Below are positions 54,263 to 63,946 of a DNA stretch of 64,000 bases, piece by piece. Source of the DNA: Ktedonobacteria bacterium. Its GTDB lineage: Bacteria; Chloroflexota; Ktedonobacteria; Ktedonobacterales; JACDGC01. The stretch is taken from contig DAIDIC010000143.1 in the NCBI GenBank assembly GCA_027459525.1, forward strand, positions 3,704 to 67,703, given 5' to 3'. The notes below the pieces were generated by a model that saw nothing but the letters and a program-made list of their open reading frames with translations, ran no database searches and was not told the origin of the DNA. Position numbers and translations under genes: made by a program. Each line of letters begins with the position of its first letter. Position 1 is the first letter of the stretch.

Positions 54263-56062
54263 ATGATAGAGTTACGTAACGTGACATTTCGGTATAATGC
54301 CCGCATCAAAGACAGCGCGCCGGCAATTCAATCGCTAAACATGGTGTTTCATGAAGGCGAAATCGCCGCTGTGCTGGGTAAAAACGGATCCGGCAAAAGC
54401 ACGCTTTCCCGCATTATTTCAGGTATATTAAAACCACAGTTTGGCGAAGCGCTGGTAGATGGCTATTCTACCAGCATCCCCAAAGAAATGTGGGAAGCTC
54501 GCAGCCGCGTTGGGATTGTTTTCCAAAACCCTGATGATCAGATTATCTCCAATAATGTTTTAGATGAAATTGTTTTTGGTCCGGAAAATCTGGGCATACC
54601 ACGCAACGAAATTGAATCACGCATCCAAGAAATCTCCCAAATACTGCAAATTGAATCAATTATGGACTACCCAATCCATGAATTAACATTTGGACAAAAA
54701 CAGTTGGTCGCCATTGCCGGCGTTTTGGCAATGAGGCCGCGCTATATGATTTTTGATGAACCTACTACATCTTTAGGACCGGAACAAACACAGGCGCTGT
54801 TACAAATCATTCAGAAGTTTGCGCGAGAATATCATCTTGGTGTTATATATATTACTCACAATATGGACGAGGTTCCGTTTTGCGACACCGTTTTTGTTAT
54901 GGAAAACGGCAGCGTCATCCGGCAAGGCGCCCCCAGCCAAATTTTTGCGGACGCCATGGCCATGCGCCAATATGGGCTGGATATTCCGGCAGTAACAGAG
55001 ATATATCAGCGCATAAAAACATCATTGACTGAAACCTCGGTTATGCCCTTAAACGAAGAACAATTCGCTGAGATCTTTGCAAACAGCGCGCACATCACCC
55101 AACCGGAAGCAACACCAAGCGCTGCCGGTTCCACATCCGATAATTCAGATAACACACAAAAAAATACCGAAGCGGCGTCTCTCATTATTGAAACAAAAGA
55201 CGCACATTTTACCTATAAAGCAGGTACGCCGTTTGCCCAAATTGGTTTAGCCGGAATTACAATCCGCGTGCCACAAGGCTCATTCATCGCCTGTGTTGGG
55301 CCAACCCGTTCCGGTAAATCAACATTGCTGGATTCATTAAACGGTGTGTTGAAACCCGGCCGCAATATGGTCTTTTACCAAGGCAAAGATATTCATACCC
55401 CGGGATATGATTTATCCGCACTGCGAAAAGATGTGGGAGTTGTTTTTCAATCACCGGATGCGCAAATTATAAAAGACGTTGTCGGTAAAGATATTGCCTT
55501 TGGTTTGCGGCAATTAAAGCTTTCCTTAGCCGAATCTCGCCAAAGAGTGCAGGAAAGCTTGGAAAGCGTCGGGTTGAATTACGAAGAATTTCGCAACCGC
55601 TATACCTACACACTGAGCGGAGGCCAGAAAAGGCGCGTTACCATAGCCGGAGCGCTCGCGCTGCGCCCCAAAATATTGGCGCTGGATGAACCAACCGCCG
55701 GGTTAGATCCACAGGGCCGAGCCGGATTTTTGCAAATGTTGAAACAGTTGGGAAATGATCGCGGGCTGACTATCATCTACATGACCGCAAATTTAGAAGA
55801 CATTATTGCGCTGGCTGATACTATCTATCTGCTGGAAAACGGCAAAGTTGTGATGAGCGGCTCCCCCAAAGAAATTTTAGAACATACCGATACAATTGCG
55901 CGCATGAACATCGGTCTGCCGGCAGTTACTCGCATCTCCGCAGCGATAAAACGGCGAATACCAAGTTTCGCCGAAAACGCGCTGAATTTGCATGAACTGG
56001 AGACCGCGTTGCTGCAATACGCCGGCCCTAACGGCCGGGGTAAAGGACTCAACTCGTTATGA
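54263..56062 (+). CDS. ECF transporter ATPase, fused EcfA-EcfA' (two ABC cassettes)
   Basis: The first cassette has GKNGSGKSTL, LTFGQKQLVA and MIFDEPTTSL. The second has GPTRSGKSTL, LSGGQKRRVT and ILALDEPTAGLD. Confidence 0.9.
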   Translation: MIELRNVTFRYNARIKDSAPAIQSLNMVFHEGEIAAVLGKNGSGKSTLSRIISGILKPQFGEALVDGYSTSIPKEMWEARSRVGIVFQNPDDQIISNNVLDEIVFGPENLGIPRNEIESRIQEISQILQIESIMDYPIHELTFGQKQLVAIAGVLAMRPRYMIFDEPTTSLGPEQTQALLQIIQKFAREYHLGVIYITHNMDEVPFCDTVFVMENGSVIRQGAPSQIFADAMAMRQYGLDIPAVTEIYQRIKTSLTETSVMPLNEEQFAEIFANSAHITQPEATPSAAGSTSDNSDNTQKNTEAASLIIETKDAHFTYKAGTPFAQIGLAGITIRVPQGSFIACVGPTRSGKSTLLDSLNGVLKPGRNMVFYQGKDIHTPGYDLSALRKDVGVVFQSPDAQIIKDVVGKDIAFGLRQLKLSLAESRQRVQESLESVGLNYEEFRNRYTYTLSGGQKRRVTIAGALALRPKILALDEPTAGLDPQGRAGFLQMLKQLGNDRGLTIIYMTANLEDIIALADTIYLLENGKVVMSGSPKEILEHTDTIARMNIGLPAVTRISAAIKRRIPSFAENALNLHELETALLQYAGPNGRGKGLNSL

Positions 56063-56886
56063 TAGAAATTTCACGTGTTATTACCATCGGACAATATGTG
56101 CCGCAATCCAGCGTCATCCATAAAATTGATCCGCGAATGAAGATTTTAGCGGCTGTAATTTTTATTATTGTCGTCTCTGTTGTCAATTCATTTGCGGCGC
56201 TGGCGGCGCTCACGTTATTTATTATATTGTTGATACCAATTTCAAAACTTACTTTTCGATTTATTCTCATAACCTTGCGCCCAGCGCTGTTTTTCATAGC
56301 TATTATGGGAATTTTCCAAGTTCTTTTCTATCAGCAATCGGGAAATCAAGAGACGCTGTGGAGTTGGTGGATTTTGCATATTACAGTTCAAGGCATTATC
56401 GCCAGTATGAAAGTGGATATTCGCTCGCTTCTGCTCTATATTTTTGTTAATATGCTTACGTACACTACCACATTTGTTGAACTAACCGATGGCGCTGGCT
56501 CACTGATGTCTCCACTGCAAAAAATCGGCGTTCCTGTACAAGAATATATGCTTACCATCATGATTGCCCTAAAGTTTGTGCCGCTGTTTGTAGAGCAGTT
56601 AGAACAATCAATAAAAGCGCAAGCAGCGCGCGGTAGTAGCATGGATAGCGGAAACTTCTTCAGTCGGGCAGCCAAAGTCAGCCCGCTGCTTATTCCGCTG
56701 GTGCTCAATGGCTTTCAGCGCGCAGAACAAATGGCGGTGGCGCTGGAGGCGCGTTCTTATCGCGGCGGGAAGAATCGGACAAAATATCGGGTTTTGCGAT
56801 TGAAACCTTCCGATATTTTTGTCATGGTATTTTTTATGCTCATCATGGCAATTACGTTGTATATCAACATTCGCTGGATGATATAA
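56059..56886 (+). CDS. ecfT: ECF transporter transmembrane (T) component
   Basis: It has a 4-nt overlap with the ATPase gene. The membrane protein is CbiQ/EcfT-like with QAARGSS...RAEQMAVALEARSY. Confidence 0.85.
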   Translation: MIEISRVITIGQYVPQSSVIHKIDPRMKILAAVIFIIVVSVVNSFAALAALTLFIILLIPISKLTFRFILITLRPALFFIAIMGIFQVLFYQQSGNQETLWSWWILHITVQGIIASMKVDIRSLLLYIFVNMLTYTTTFVELTDGAGSLMSPLQKIGVPVQEYMLTIMIALKFVPLFVEQLEQSIKAQAARGSSMDSGNFFSRAAKVSPLLIPLVLNGFQRAEQMAVALEARSYRGGKNRTKYRVLRLKPSDIFVMVFFMLIMAITLYINIRWMI

Positions 56887-56910
56887 TGAAGCCGGAGGAG
56901 GGCTATTTTC

Positions 56911-57474
56911 TTGGGAAAGATATTTACCGTCCAAGTAAACGGCGCAGAACACCGAGTTGAAATAGAACCGGGTGAACATGGAATTTGGCAGGCAGTTATA
57001 GACGGCAAGCCTGTCACTATCGATACATATCAAGTTTCAGACGGACATACACATCTTTTAATCGAAAACGCATCCTTCGATTTTTATATCTCACAAACTC
57101 CCGGCGAAACGCAAACAGTAGAACAACGAACGTATGATATTACCAACAGCGGTATTCCACATTCTGTTGTTATATTTGATGAACATCGGCGATCGCTGAC
57201 AAAATCGGTCTCGCGGCCGGGAGCCGGCGGCGATGTTACTATAAAAGCGCCCATGCCGGGCTTGGTTGTTGCAGTGCTTGTTGCGCCTCATGAACAGGTA
57301 GTAAAAAATCAGCGGATTGCCGTTCTGGAAGCAATGAAAATGCAAAATGATCTGCTGGCCCCGCGCGATGGTGTTATCCGGACTGTCGCTGTTACTGCCG
57401 GGCAGGCGGTAAACCAAGGACAACAGCTTTTTGTTATCGGATCTGCCGAACAAACCGAAAATCCCGACGCATAA
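56911..57474 (+). CDS. Biotin/lipoyl-attachment domain protein (biotin carboxyl carrier-like)
   Basis: TTG start 7 nt after GGAGGAGGG. The C-terminal motif is VLEAMKMQNDLLAPRDGVI, where EAMKM is the biotinyl-lysine motif. Confidence 0.8.
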   Translation: MGKIFTVQVNGAEHRVEIEPGEHGIWQAVIDGKPVTIDTYQVSDGHTHLLIENASFDFYISQTPGETQTVEQRTYDITNSGIPHSVVIFDEHRRSLTKSVSRPGAGGDVTIKAPMPGLVVAVLVAPHEQVVKNQRIAVLEAMKMQNDLLAPRDGVIRTVAVTAGQAVNQGQQLFVIGSAEQTENPDA

Positions 57475-57794
57475 ACACATGTAACTGCCGAAGGACGAAA
57501 CATAAACAATTCCAGCTGCGCCGGGCGCCGCAAAGGGGTTCACAACACCCGGCTGCCACTGCTGGGAGCAGCGGCAAAACATCATGGTTGGAACATGATG
57601 GAGAGAAAGTGAAAGAGTGTCAGCCAGCAAGACGTTCTTTCATCCTCTCTGCAGATGATTATAAAACATTTGTTCCATAATTACAATGGTTTTTATTAGT
57701 ACTTTCTGACTATTTTTCCTCCCAATTCTCACATAATCTCAGTATAGTTAATGATATACAAGAAATATTTCTGCTACCATACTGAGGGAAAATT

Positions 57795-60044
57795 GTGAGT
57801 CAAATACCTGCCTTTTCAAATTCCAATGATGATTCTATGCTCATTTCCCGCAGAGAACAAGATCGAATTCTTGAAATTGAAAAGAAAATCCGCAGAATTT
57901 TATTTGGCGGAAACGCAAGCGATAAATCGCACACACCCATCCTTTCTTTTCAAGAAGCGTTGCAAACCGCGGTTACTTTTTTTGCAACAAACATGGAGGA
58001 AACACTGGTTGAACTGTGGCTTATCGATCGTATTCCTTGGGCAAAACGTAACCATTCAGATCAATTGCATTTGCTCGCATGGGTTTCTCCCCGGTCGCCC
58101 GCAATTCCCCAAAAATCTGGGCGCGAGCCAAATGAACTGATTTCAGCGGCGTTGCTTGCCGGACGGCCATTGCGCTTCGATCAAGCAAAAAGTGATTTTC
58201 AGGTTCGCAAATGGGCAAAATCAGCCGATGTTAACCCCGACCACATAGAAGTATTTTTTGGAACACCAATCTTTTTTCAGGGCGAGCCATATGGTGTGCT
58301 GGCAGTTGGAACAAGCGCCGATCCAAGCTATGAACATGTTGAGCTTATTGACGCCTTTGTCGACTATATTTCCATGGCGGCGCATTCCCTGCACGCTTTA
58401 AGTGATTTAGCCGGATTGCAGGAGATTTACGAAAAATCTTTGGCCTACTCCTCTCACTTGCAAGCAGTTCTTACCCTCCCGGATCTAACGCTTATCTATT
58501 CTAACGCTGTTTTTGATAACCTTTTTCAAATCGGCCCGGATTTTTGGGGGCAAACATTAGAAACGGCTCTGCCAGAGATTTCCGGTGAACTGCGCCGTCA
58601 TTTGCAATTAAATTCTTTCATTCAAAATAAACAGCAAAAATACACCGCAACATTAACGCTGCGCCTGCCCGGCGGTATTTCTTATTGGGAATTTATCGTT
58701 TCGGTTTTACCAACTGCTGATGATAAAAATGTATTGCTGAATATCGAAGCTTCTGATATCACCAGCTATGTAAATCGGCTGAATGCTTTACGCAATGAAA
58801 CCCGAACAGCGCAGGAGCGAGTGGCGCAAATGGTTGCGCTGCACAATGTATCGCTGGATTCAGCGCGGCGCTTCGGCCAAGATCCGCATGATCTGTTGCT
58901 GAATATCTTAAAAAAGATGATGGATATGGCAGGCGCCGACAAAGCAAATGTAGTATATTGGAACAACACGCGGCAAAGCCTAGAGCAAATCGCTGTCATT
59001 GGGCTTTCCGATAATGAAACAGATACATTCAGCCAAATTACTCTTACCAATGCGGCGTTTCAAGCCGGCGAGATTTTCTTTGAGTCGGACTATAAGCATT
59101 CGGCGTATTATACTCCGGAAATTGATAATTCGGCAATAAAAGCCGTTATGAGCGTTCCCATGAAATATCGGCTGAATGTTATCGGTGTTATCAACCTGAT
59201 TTTCACTGAATCGGCGCCGATATACCATGAACAGCGAGCTATTCTTATATCGCGCGAAGATATGTGGCTGATGGATTTATTTGCCGCGCAGGCAACCGGC
59301 GCCATTGAAAATTCGCGCACATATCTTGAGCTTGACCGAGCATATCAGCAAACACGCTCGCTAAAACGGCGGCAAGACGATTTGCTGCGCCGGCTGGCCC
59401 ACGATTTAAAAACGCCATTAACCGGATTAAAAGGGTTTATAGAGCTTGCGCAAGAAACTAAATCTTCCAAAGAATCACACGCTATGCTGTCCGACGCTTT
59501 CAGCAGCGCGGAACGCATGGGAGATATTCTTGACCATATTTTAGAGTATTCTAAAAATCCAGAGTTGCAAAAGGTGACGCTTGCCCCTGCAAATGTTAAA
59601 GAAATTATTACCGAAAGCGCCGAAGAGTGGAAAAATCAGATTAAAGCGCGCCGGTTAAGCCATACCATTACTGTTCAAGCGCCGGAAGCGGCATATATTT
59701 TGGCCGATAGCAACGGATTAAAAGAAGTTTTAGACAATAGCATAAGCAACGCCGTTAAATATAGCCCTGCAGGTGGAAACATTCTTATCCAAGCAATAGC
59801 AAACGAAGCGCTGCGACAGGTAACCATCCGAATTATTGATAACGGCATTGGTATAGACCCTGCCGCGCACGCAAAATTATTTCAACCCTATCAGCGCGCC
59901 GAAGCAGCCAACGGAATAGAGGGCAACGGACTAGGCCTATATCTTTCCCGTCAATTGATAGAAGCAATGAACGGAACATTCATTCTTGAAAGCAGCGCTT
60001 TGGGCAACGGCAGTGTTTTTGCAATAACACTGCCAACTCCATAG
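57795..60044 (+). CDS. Multi-domain sensor histidine kinase (GAF/PAS-like, HisKA, HATPase_c)
   Basis: H-box RLAHDLKTPLTGLKG, N-box NAVKYSPAGG and G-boxes DNGIGID and GNGLGLYLS. Confidence 0.85.
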   Translation: MSQIPAFSNSNDDSMLISRREQDRILEIEKKIRRILFGGNASDKSHTPILSFQEALQTAVTFFATNMEETLVELWLIDRIPWAKRNHSDQLHLLAWVSPRSPAIPQKSGREPNELISAALLAGRPLRFDQAKSDFQVRKWAKSADVNPDHIEVFFGTPIFFQGEPYGVLAVGTSADPSYEHVELIDAFVDYISMAAHSLHALSDLAGLQEIYEKSLAYSSHLQAVLTLPDLTLIYSNAVFDNLFQIGPDFWGQTLETALPEISGELRRHLQLNSFIQNKQQKYTATLTLRLPGGISYWEFIVSVLPTADDKNVLLNIEASDITSYVNRLNALRNETRTAQERVAQMVALHNVSLDSARRFGQDPHDLLLNILKKMMDMAGADKANVVYWNNTRQSLEQIAVIGLSDNETDTFSQITLTNAAFQAGEIFFESDYKHSAYYTPEIDNSAIKAVMSVPMKYRLNVIGVINLIFTESAPIYHEQRAILISREDMWLMDLFAAQATGAIENSRTYLELDRAYQQTRSLKRRQDDLLRRLAHDLKTPLTGLKGFIELAQETKSSKESHAMLSDAFSSAERMGDILDHILEYSKNPELQKVTLAPANVKEIITESAEEWKNQIKARRLSHTITVQAPEAAYILADSNGLKEVLDNSISNAVKYSPAGGNILIQAIANEALRQVTIRIIDNGIGIDPAAHAKLFQPYQRAEAANGIEGNGLGLYLSRQLIEAMNGTFILESSALGNGSVFAITLPTP

Positions 60045-60046
60045 CA

Positions 60047-60721
60047 TTACTTCCGCAGCAGCGCTACCTGTTCCAACAGTGTTTTGGGTTCCAACCGCTC
60101 GCGATAGTCTGGCTTGGTATACGCAAACCGAATAACTCTATCGGAGTCGATTATATATGTTGCCGGTATCGGTAATTCCCATGTTGCGACGCCGTTAGCT
60201 TTTACTATATCCAGTCCTGCTTTTAAATATATTTCGCGAATATTCTCCGGAACAGTAAACAGCACTTTATATTGCCGCAGAACTACAGCGTTCACATCAC
60301 TAAGGACCGGAAACGCCAAATGATGCTTCTCCGTTATTGTTAATGATCCATCAGGCAATTCGGGAGAAATCGCAATTAGCTCTGCTCCTAATTCATGTAT
60401 TTGGGGCAATATTTCTTGATACGCCCGTAATTGAATATTGCAATATGGACACCAAGCTCCACGGTAAAAGGTCAACACAACCGGGCCATTCACTAAGAGA
60501 GCGCTCAAATTTATCTCTTGACCTGTTGCGTTCGGCAACGTAAAATCTGGCGCCAATACTCCTTTCTGCAAAGCGGTTTTTTCAATATTCGTGGCAATTA
60601 AATCTTGCACACTTTTATTGTAAATAATGGTTGTTTCCGCCGATGTTCTTTCACGTAGTTTTCGCAATTGTGTTTCCAATGTTTGTTCAGGTTGATCGCT
60701 CATATTCATATTCCCAGTCAT
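60047..60721 (-). CDS. AhpC/TSA-family thioredoxin-fold protein (peroxiredoxin-like)
   Basis: LTFYRGAWCPYCNIQL motif. The start is uncertain (ATGs at 60703, 60709, 60721 and 60760; the ORF opens at 60820). Confidence 0.8.
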   Translation of the reverse strand: MTGNMNMSDQPEQTLETQLRKLRERTSAETTIIYNKSVQDLIATNIEKTALQKGVLAPDFTLPNATGQEINLSALLVNGPVVLTFYRGAWCPYCNIQLRAYQEILPQIHELGAELIAISPELPDGSLTITEKHHLAFPVLSDVNAVVLRQYKVLFTVPENIREIYLKAGLDIVKANGVATWELPIPATYIIDSDRVIRFAYTKPDYRERLEPKTLLEQVALLRK

Positions 60722-60752
60722 TAGTTTTTTGAGGCTGCTGTTAGCCTTCAGT

Positions 60753-60983
60753 TCAAGCATTATTTTGCAGTTTGCGAAACTGTGCTTTGCCATGAATAAC
60801 TCCGGTAGCTGCAACCACATAAGGCACGCAATAGGTTAAAACAATCGAAAACAATAGCGGCGCTGTAAAATGTCTCGACAATAAATCACTCATATGATTA
60901 ATCACTGTAAGAATTGTCCCGACAATCAATGCAATTTTTAGTGAATGCCATGCCGTATCGCGTTCAAACATCATCTGTAACAT
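60753..60983 (-). CDS. Small membrane protein, NrtS-like impression
   Basis: LKIALIVGTILTVINH...LTYCVPYVVAATG resembles small NrtS-type proteins. The start is uncertain (the ORF opens at 61031). Confidence 0.4.
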   Translation of the reverse strand: MLQMMFERDTAWHSLKIALIVGTILTVINHMSDLLSRHFTAPLLFSIVLTYCVPYVVAATGVIHGKAQFRKLQNNA

Positions 60984-61156
60984 AGCAATACTGCCACTTT
61001 TCATCAGAAATATTTTTTGAAAGGAAACCATTAATTACATGCGCGCGTTCTGCCGGTTCAGGTATCCTCTCATACATACATCGGATCGACAGTATCGGAT
61101 CATAAACTTTGTTTTTGTTGGAAAGATTGGTCTTAAGTTGATACGTTAGAATATGC

Positions 61157-61645
61157 TCAAGGGTTAGTTATCTGCGGAAATGTATTGTTATCAAATACCG
61201 TTCCATGCCATTCGTCCCACGAAACGGCTAAAGTGGCATATCTATTTTCTGGGATATTAAAAATTCCAGAGAAAGAAAATGAATTGACAACAGTATCAGT
61301 TTTAGCCGTTTCAACAGGTATCCCCCAATGTTTGAACTGTACCTCATAGGTATAATATGTTGATGGATATTGAGGTGGCAGACCCATAAATGCTATTGAA
61401 CTATCTGGTAACGAATACGACAATCCGTTAATATCTTTATACGCCATCTCAATATTCAAAGTGGTATCTGTTGTTGAAATGATTTGTGTATGGCCGTTTT
61501 GAACTTTTGAGAGAGTTATCACAACCTCATCCGGATGGGAGGCAAAATTCTGTACAAGCAAAACCACATTCTCAAGCACAAAAACGCCAATAACAATGCG
61601 AATCAGTACTGTGCGGTTAAAAATTTTTCGCAGCCATTTCATCAT
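61157..61645 (-). CDS. Hypothetical single-TM protein
   Basis: The ATG at 61645 is preceded by AAAGGAAAAAC. It has the TM helix VLIRIVIGVFVLENVVLLV and no recognisable domain. Confidence 0.45.
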   Translation of the reverse strand: MMKWLRKIFNRTVLIRIVIGVFVLENVVLLVQNFASHPDEVVITLSKVQNGHTQIISTTDTTLNIEMAYKDINGLSYSLPDSSIAFMGLPPQYPSTYYTYEVQFKHWGIPVETAKTDTVVNSFSFSGIFNIPENRYATLAVSWDEWHGTVFDNNTFPQITNP

Positions 61646-62246
61646 GTTTTTCCTTTCACGCCTCAATGCGCAGGATGTTATACTTAAACACACCTGCTGG
61701 TTTCATGAACTATAAGCGTTCCAATTAAATGGTAAAAAGAGCCGGTATCCGCTTGAGTAGAGCGCCAAGTTTTGCGCGTTAGGCAACGCTTGCTGTTTCT
61801 GCCTGCAACAGATACATGGAAAGTCCTTAATGAGACGTATGGCGGCTTATATTTAGGACATACAGCGCGCTTTATGTTCAAGATGTATCAATTGCCGCTA
61901 TTGACTTATGGCATTGCCTCCAAAAGATACCCAGTGAATAAGCAAATCCTAGATCTGCAAGAATTGCCCGTAATGATCCCCACTCCCTGAGCTGTTGTCT
62001 GTTTTTTTGTAAAAATTTGCTGTGAACTGAAAAATTTTCCCCCAATTTCCTGCAAAATTTGTAACATTTGCCATTTCTCTCTGCTCTAATATGCGCAATA
62101 TCCGAAATATGATATGTATCTATGTTTATTGCGCAAACCCATACGCTCAAAATATTTCTTTTTTTCAGTGAGCGGCGCAACATACAGCAGATATTTGCTT
62201 CAAAACCGGTACTTTACACATACAATTTTTTACACAGGAGCGCTTT

Positions 62247-63701
62247 ATGGCAAACCCTAAAATCATACAGGGCGGAATGGGAATAGCAGTCTCTAACTGG
62301 AAGCTGGCAAAAGCGGTTTCACAAACTGGCAATCTAGGCGTTATTTCTGGAACGGTTATCGGCCTTGTGCTGGCTCGCCGCCTGCAAATGGGAGATTCCA
62401 ATGGAGATTCGCGGCGCGCGTTAGCGCACTTTCCCAACCAAGAAGTGGCTCAGCGAATTATTGATAAATACTATATACCAGGCGGAAAACCAGAAAATAT
62501 CCCATTTAAAACAGTGCCCATGCTCACCATGCCACTGCGCAGTGATGTGGAAGAGTTGATTATTGCAGCAGCGTTTACCGAAGTGTGGCTGGCTAAAGAA
62601 GGTCATTCCGGTGTTGTCGGCATGAATGTGCTGGAAAAAGTGCAACTGCCGCATGTAGCCGCGCTTTTTGGGGCAATGCTGGCCGGAGTAGATTATATTC
62701 TTATGGGCGCCGGCATACCTACCCAAGTTCCCGGTGTACTAGACGCGCTCGCTGAGTATCGTGAAACAGCTTATAAAATAGATGTCGATCTGGCCGATAA
62801 AGATGATAATTTTGAAATTCGTATGAATCCCGCCAAATACTTCCCGGATAATAAACCGCAGTTAAAACGACCGCAGTTTCTGGCAATTATTTCCTCAGCA
62901 GTGCTTGGAAAAATGCTCATAAATAAATCTTCCGGCAAAGTAAACGGGTTTGTGGTCGAAGGGCCAACCGCCGGAGGACACAACGCGCCTCCACGCGGCC
63001 CAATGAAGCTGAATGAAAAAGGCGAGCCGATTTACGGTGATCGCGACGCAGTAAATTTTCAGCAGCTTCGCGAATTGGGGCTGCCTTTCTGGATGGCAGG
63101 TTCTTATGCTCACCCCGATATGATTCAAAAAGCGCTGGATGAAGGCGCCATGGGCATTCAGGCAGGCACTATATTTGCCTTATGCGACGAATCCGGCTTT
63201 GCTGAAGATGTAAAACAGGCAATCAGGATAAAAGGCTATAATGGCGATATGTCGGTTTTTACCGATCCACTGGCTTCTCCAACCGGATTTCCTTTTAAAG
63301 TAGCCTTACTGGATAATACACTGTCAGAAAATGACGTATATCAGCAAAGACCGCGCCGCTGTGACATCGGACGACTGCGCACACCATATAAACGAAGTGA
63401 CGGCATTGTCGGCTATAAATGCCCGGCAGAGCCGCTGAAAGATTATATTCGCAAAGGCGGCAAAGAAGAAGACACCGCCGGCAGAAAATGTCTATGCAAC
63501 GCTCTCATGGCAAATATCGATCTTGGGCAAGCCCACCCTTCCGGCTACCAAGAGGAAAAATTGGTAACGCTGGGCGATGACCTCAGTTTTCTGCGCGGAG
63601 TAATGTGCAGCGCATCCGACAGATATACCGCGGCTGACGCGCTGGAATATTTAATGCAAAATGTAAAAGCGGAAAGCGCCATCGGGGTTGGCATAGCCTA
63701 A
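62247..63701 (+). CDS. Nitronate monooxygenase-family (NMO/2-nitropropane dioxygenase-like) flavoprotein
   Basis: IIQGGMGIAVSNWKLAKAVSQTGNLGVISG at the N-terminus, plus GFVVEGPTAGGHN. Confidence 0.8.
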   Translation: MANPKIIQGGMGIAVSNWKLAKAVSQTGNLGVISGTVIGLVLARRLQMGDSNGDSRRALAHFPNQEVAQRIIDKYYIPGGKPENIPFKTVPMLTMPLRSDVEELIIAAAFTEVWLAKEGHSGVVGMNVLEKVQLPHVAALFGAMLAGVDYILMGAGIPTQVPGVLDALAEYRETAYKIDVDLADKDDNFEIRMNPAKYFPDNKPQLKRPQFLAIISSAVLGKMLINKSSGKVNGFVVEGPTAGGHNAPPRGPMKLNEKGEPIYGDRDAVNFQQLRELGLPFWMAGSYAHPDMIQKALDEGAMGIQAGTIFALCDESGFAEDVKQAIRIKGYNGDMSVFTDPLASPTGFPFKVALLDNTLSENDVYQQRPRRCDIGRLRTPYKRSDGIVGYKCPAEPLKDYIRKGGKEEDTAGRKCLCNALMANIDLGQAHPSGYQEEKLVTLGDDLSFLRGVMCSASDRYTAADALEYLMQNVKAESAIGVGIA

Positions 63702-63743
63702 ACCTAAAACGGCGCCAGAAAAATATATCTGCTTTAATTGCAT

Positions 63744-63770
63744 AGAGGGCGGCTCCAAGAGCCGCCCTCT
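63744..63770 (+). terminator. Strong hairpin downstream of the NMO gene (probable terminator)
   Basis: AGAGGGCGGCTC-CAA-GAGCCGCCCTCT forms a 12-bp perfect stem. It is followed by a GT-rich tract rather than a pure T tract. Confidence 0.5.
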
Positions 63771-63812
63771 GCGTGTGTGTATCCCGTGCGCCATTAAAAA
63801 ACGATATCAGTG

Positions 63813-63946
63813 CAAGACTTTCGCTTTAGCATGAAAAAATCGGGGCTGTAAGGGACGGCGCCCCTTGTACAGGGTTCCGGGGTGTCCCCAGACCTCCCTT
63901 TGTTGCAGATACGAAATATGCGCGTCTCTTTCAAGCGAAAGCCCTA
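63813..63946 (+). mobile_element. Family-A TIR element, copy 9 (134 bp)
   Basis: CAAGACTTTCGCTTTAGCATGAAAAAATCGGGGCTGTAAGGGACGGCGCCCCTTGTACAGGGTTCCGGGGTGTCCCCAGACC...CAAGCGAAAGCCCTA. The left arm of the internal hairpin is damaged. Confidence 0.85.

Noticed and set aside
57475-57794. A 320-nt gene-free spacer with several imperfect hairpins (for example GCCACTGCTGGGAGCAGCGGC), considered as a possible ncRNA.
   Set aside because: It shows no similarity to a known RNA class and no clear promoter or terminator pair. The stems are imperfect, so the evidence is insufficient.
1180-63946. Could the recurring 137-bp sequence be a CRISPR array or a tandem-repeat locus?
   Set aside because: Copies are separated by 1-20 kb of ordinary genes and occur in both orientations. 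They are far longer than CRISPR repeats and have TIRs and flanking duplications. No cas genes are present.
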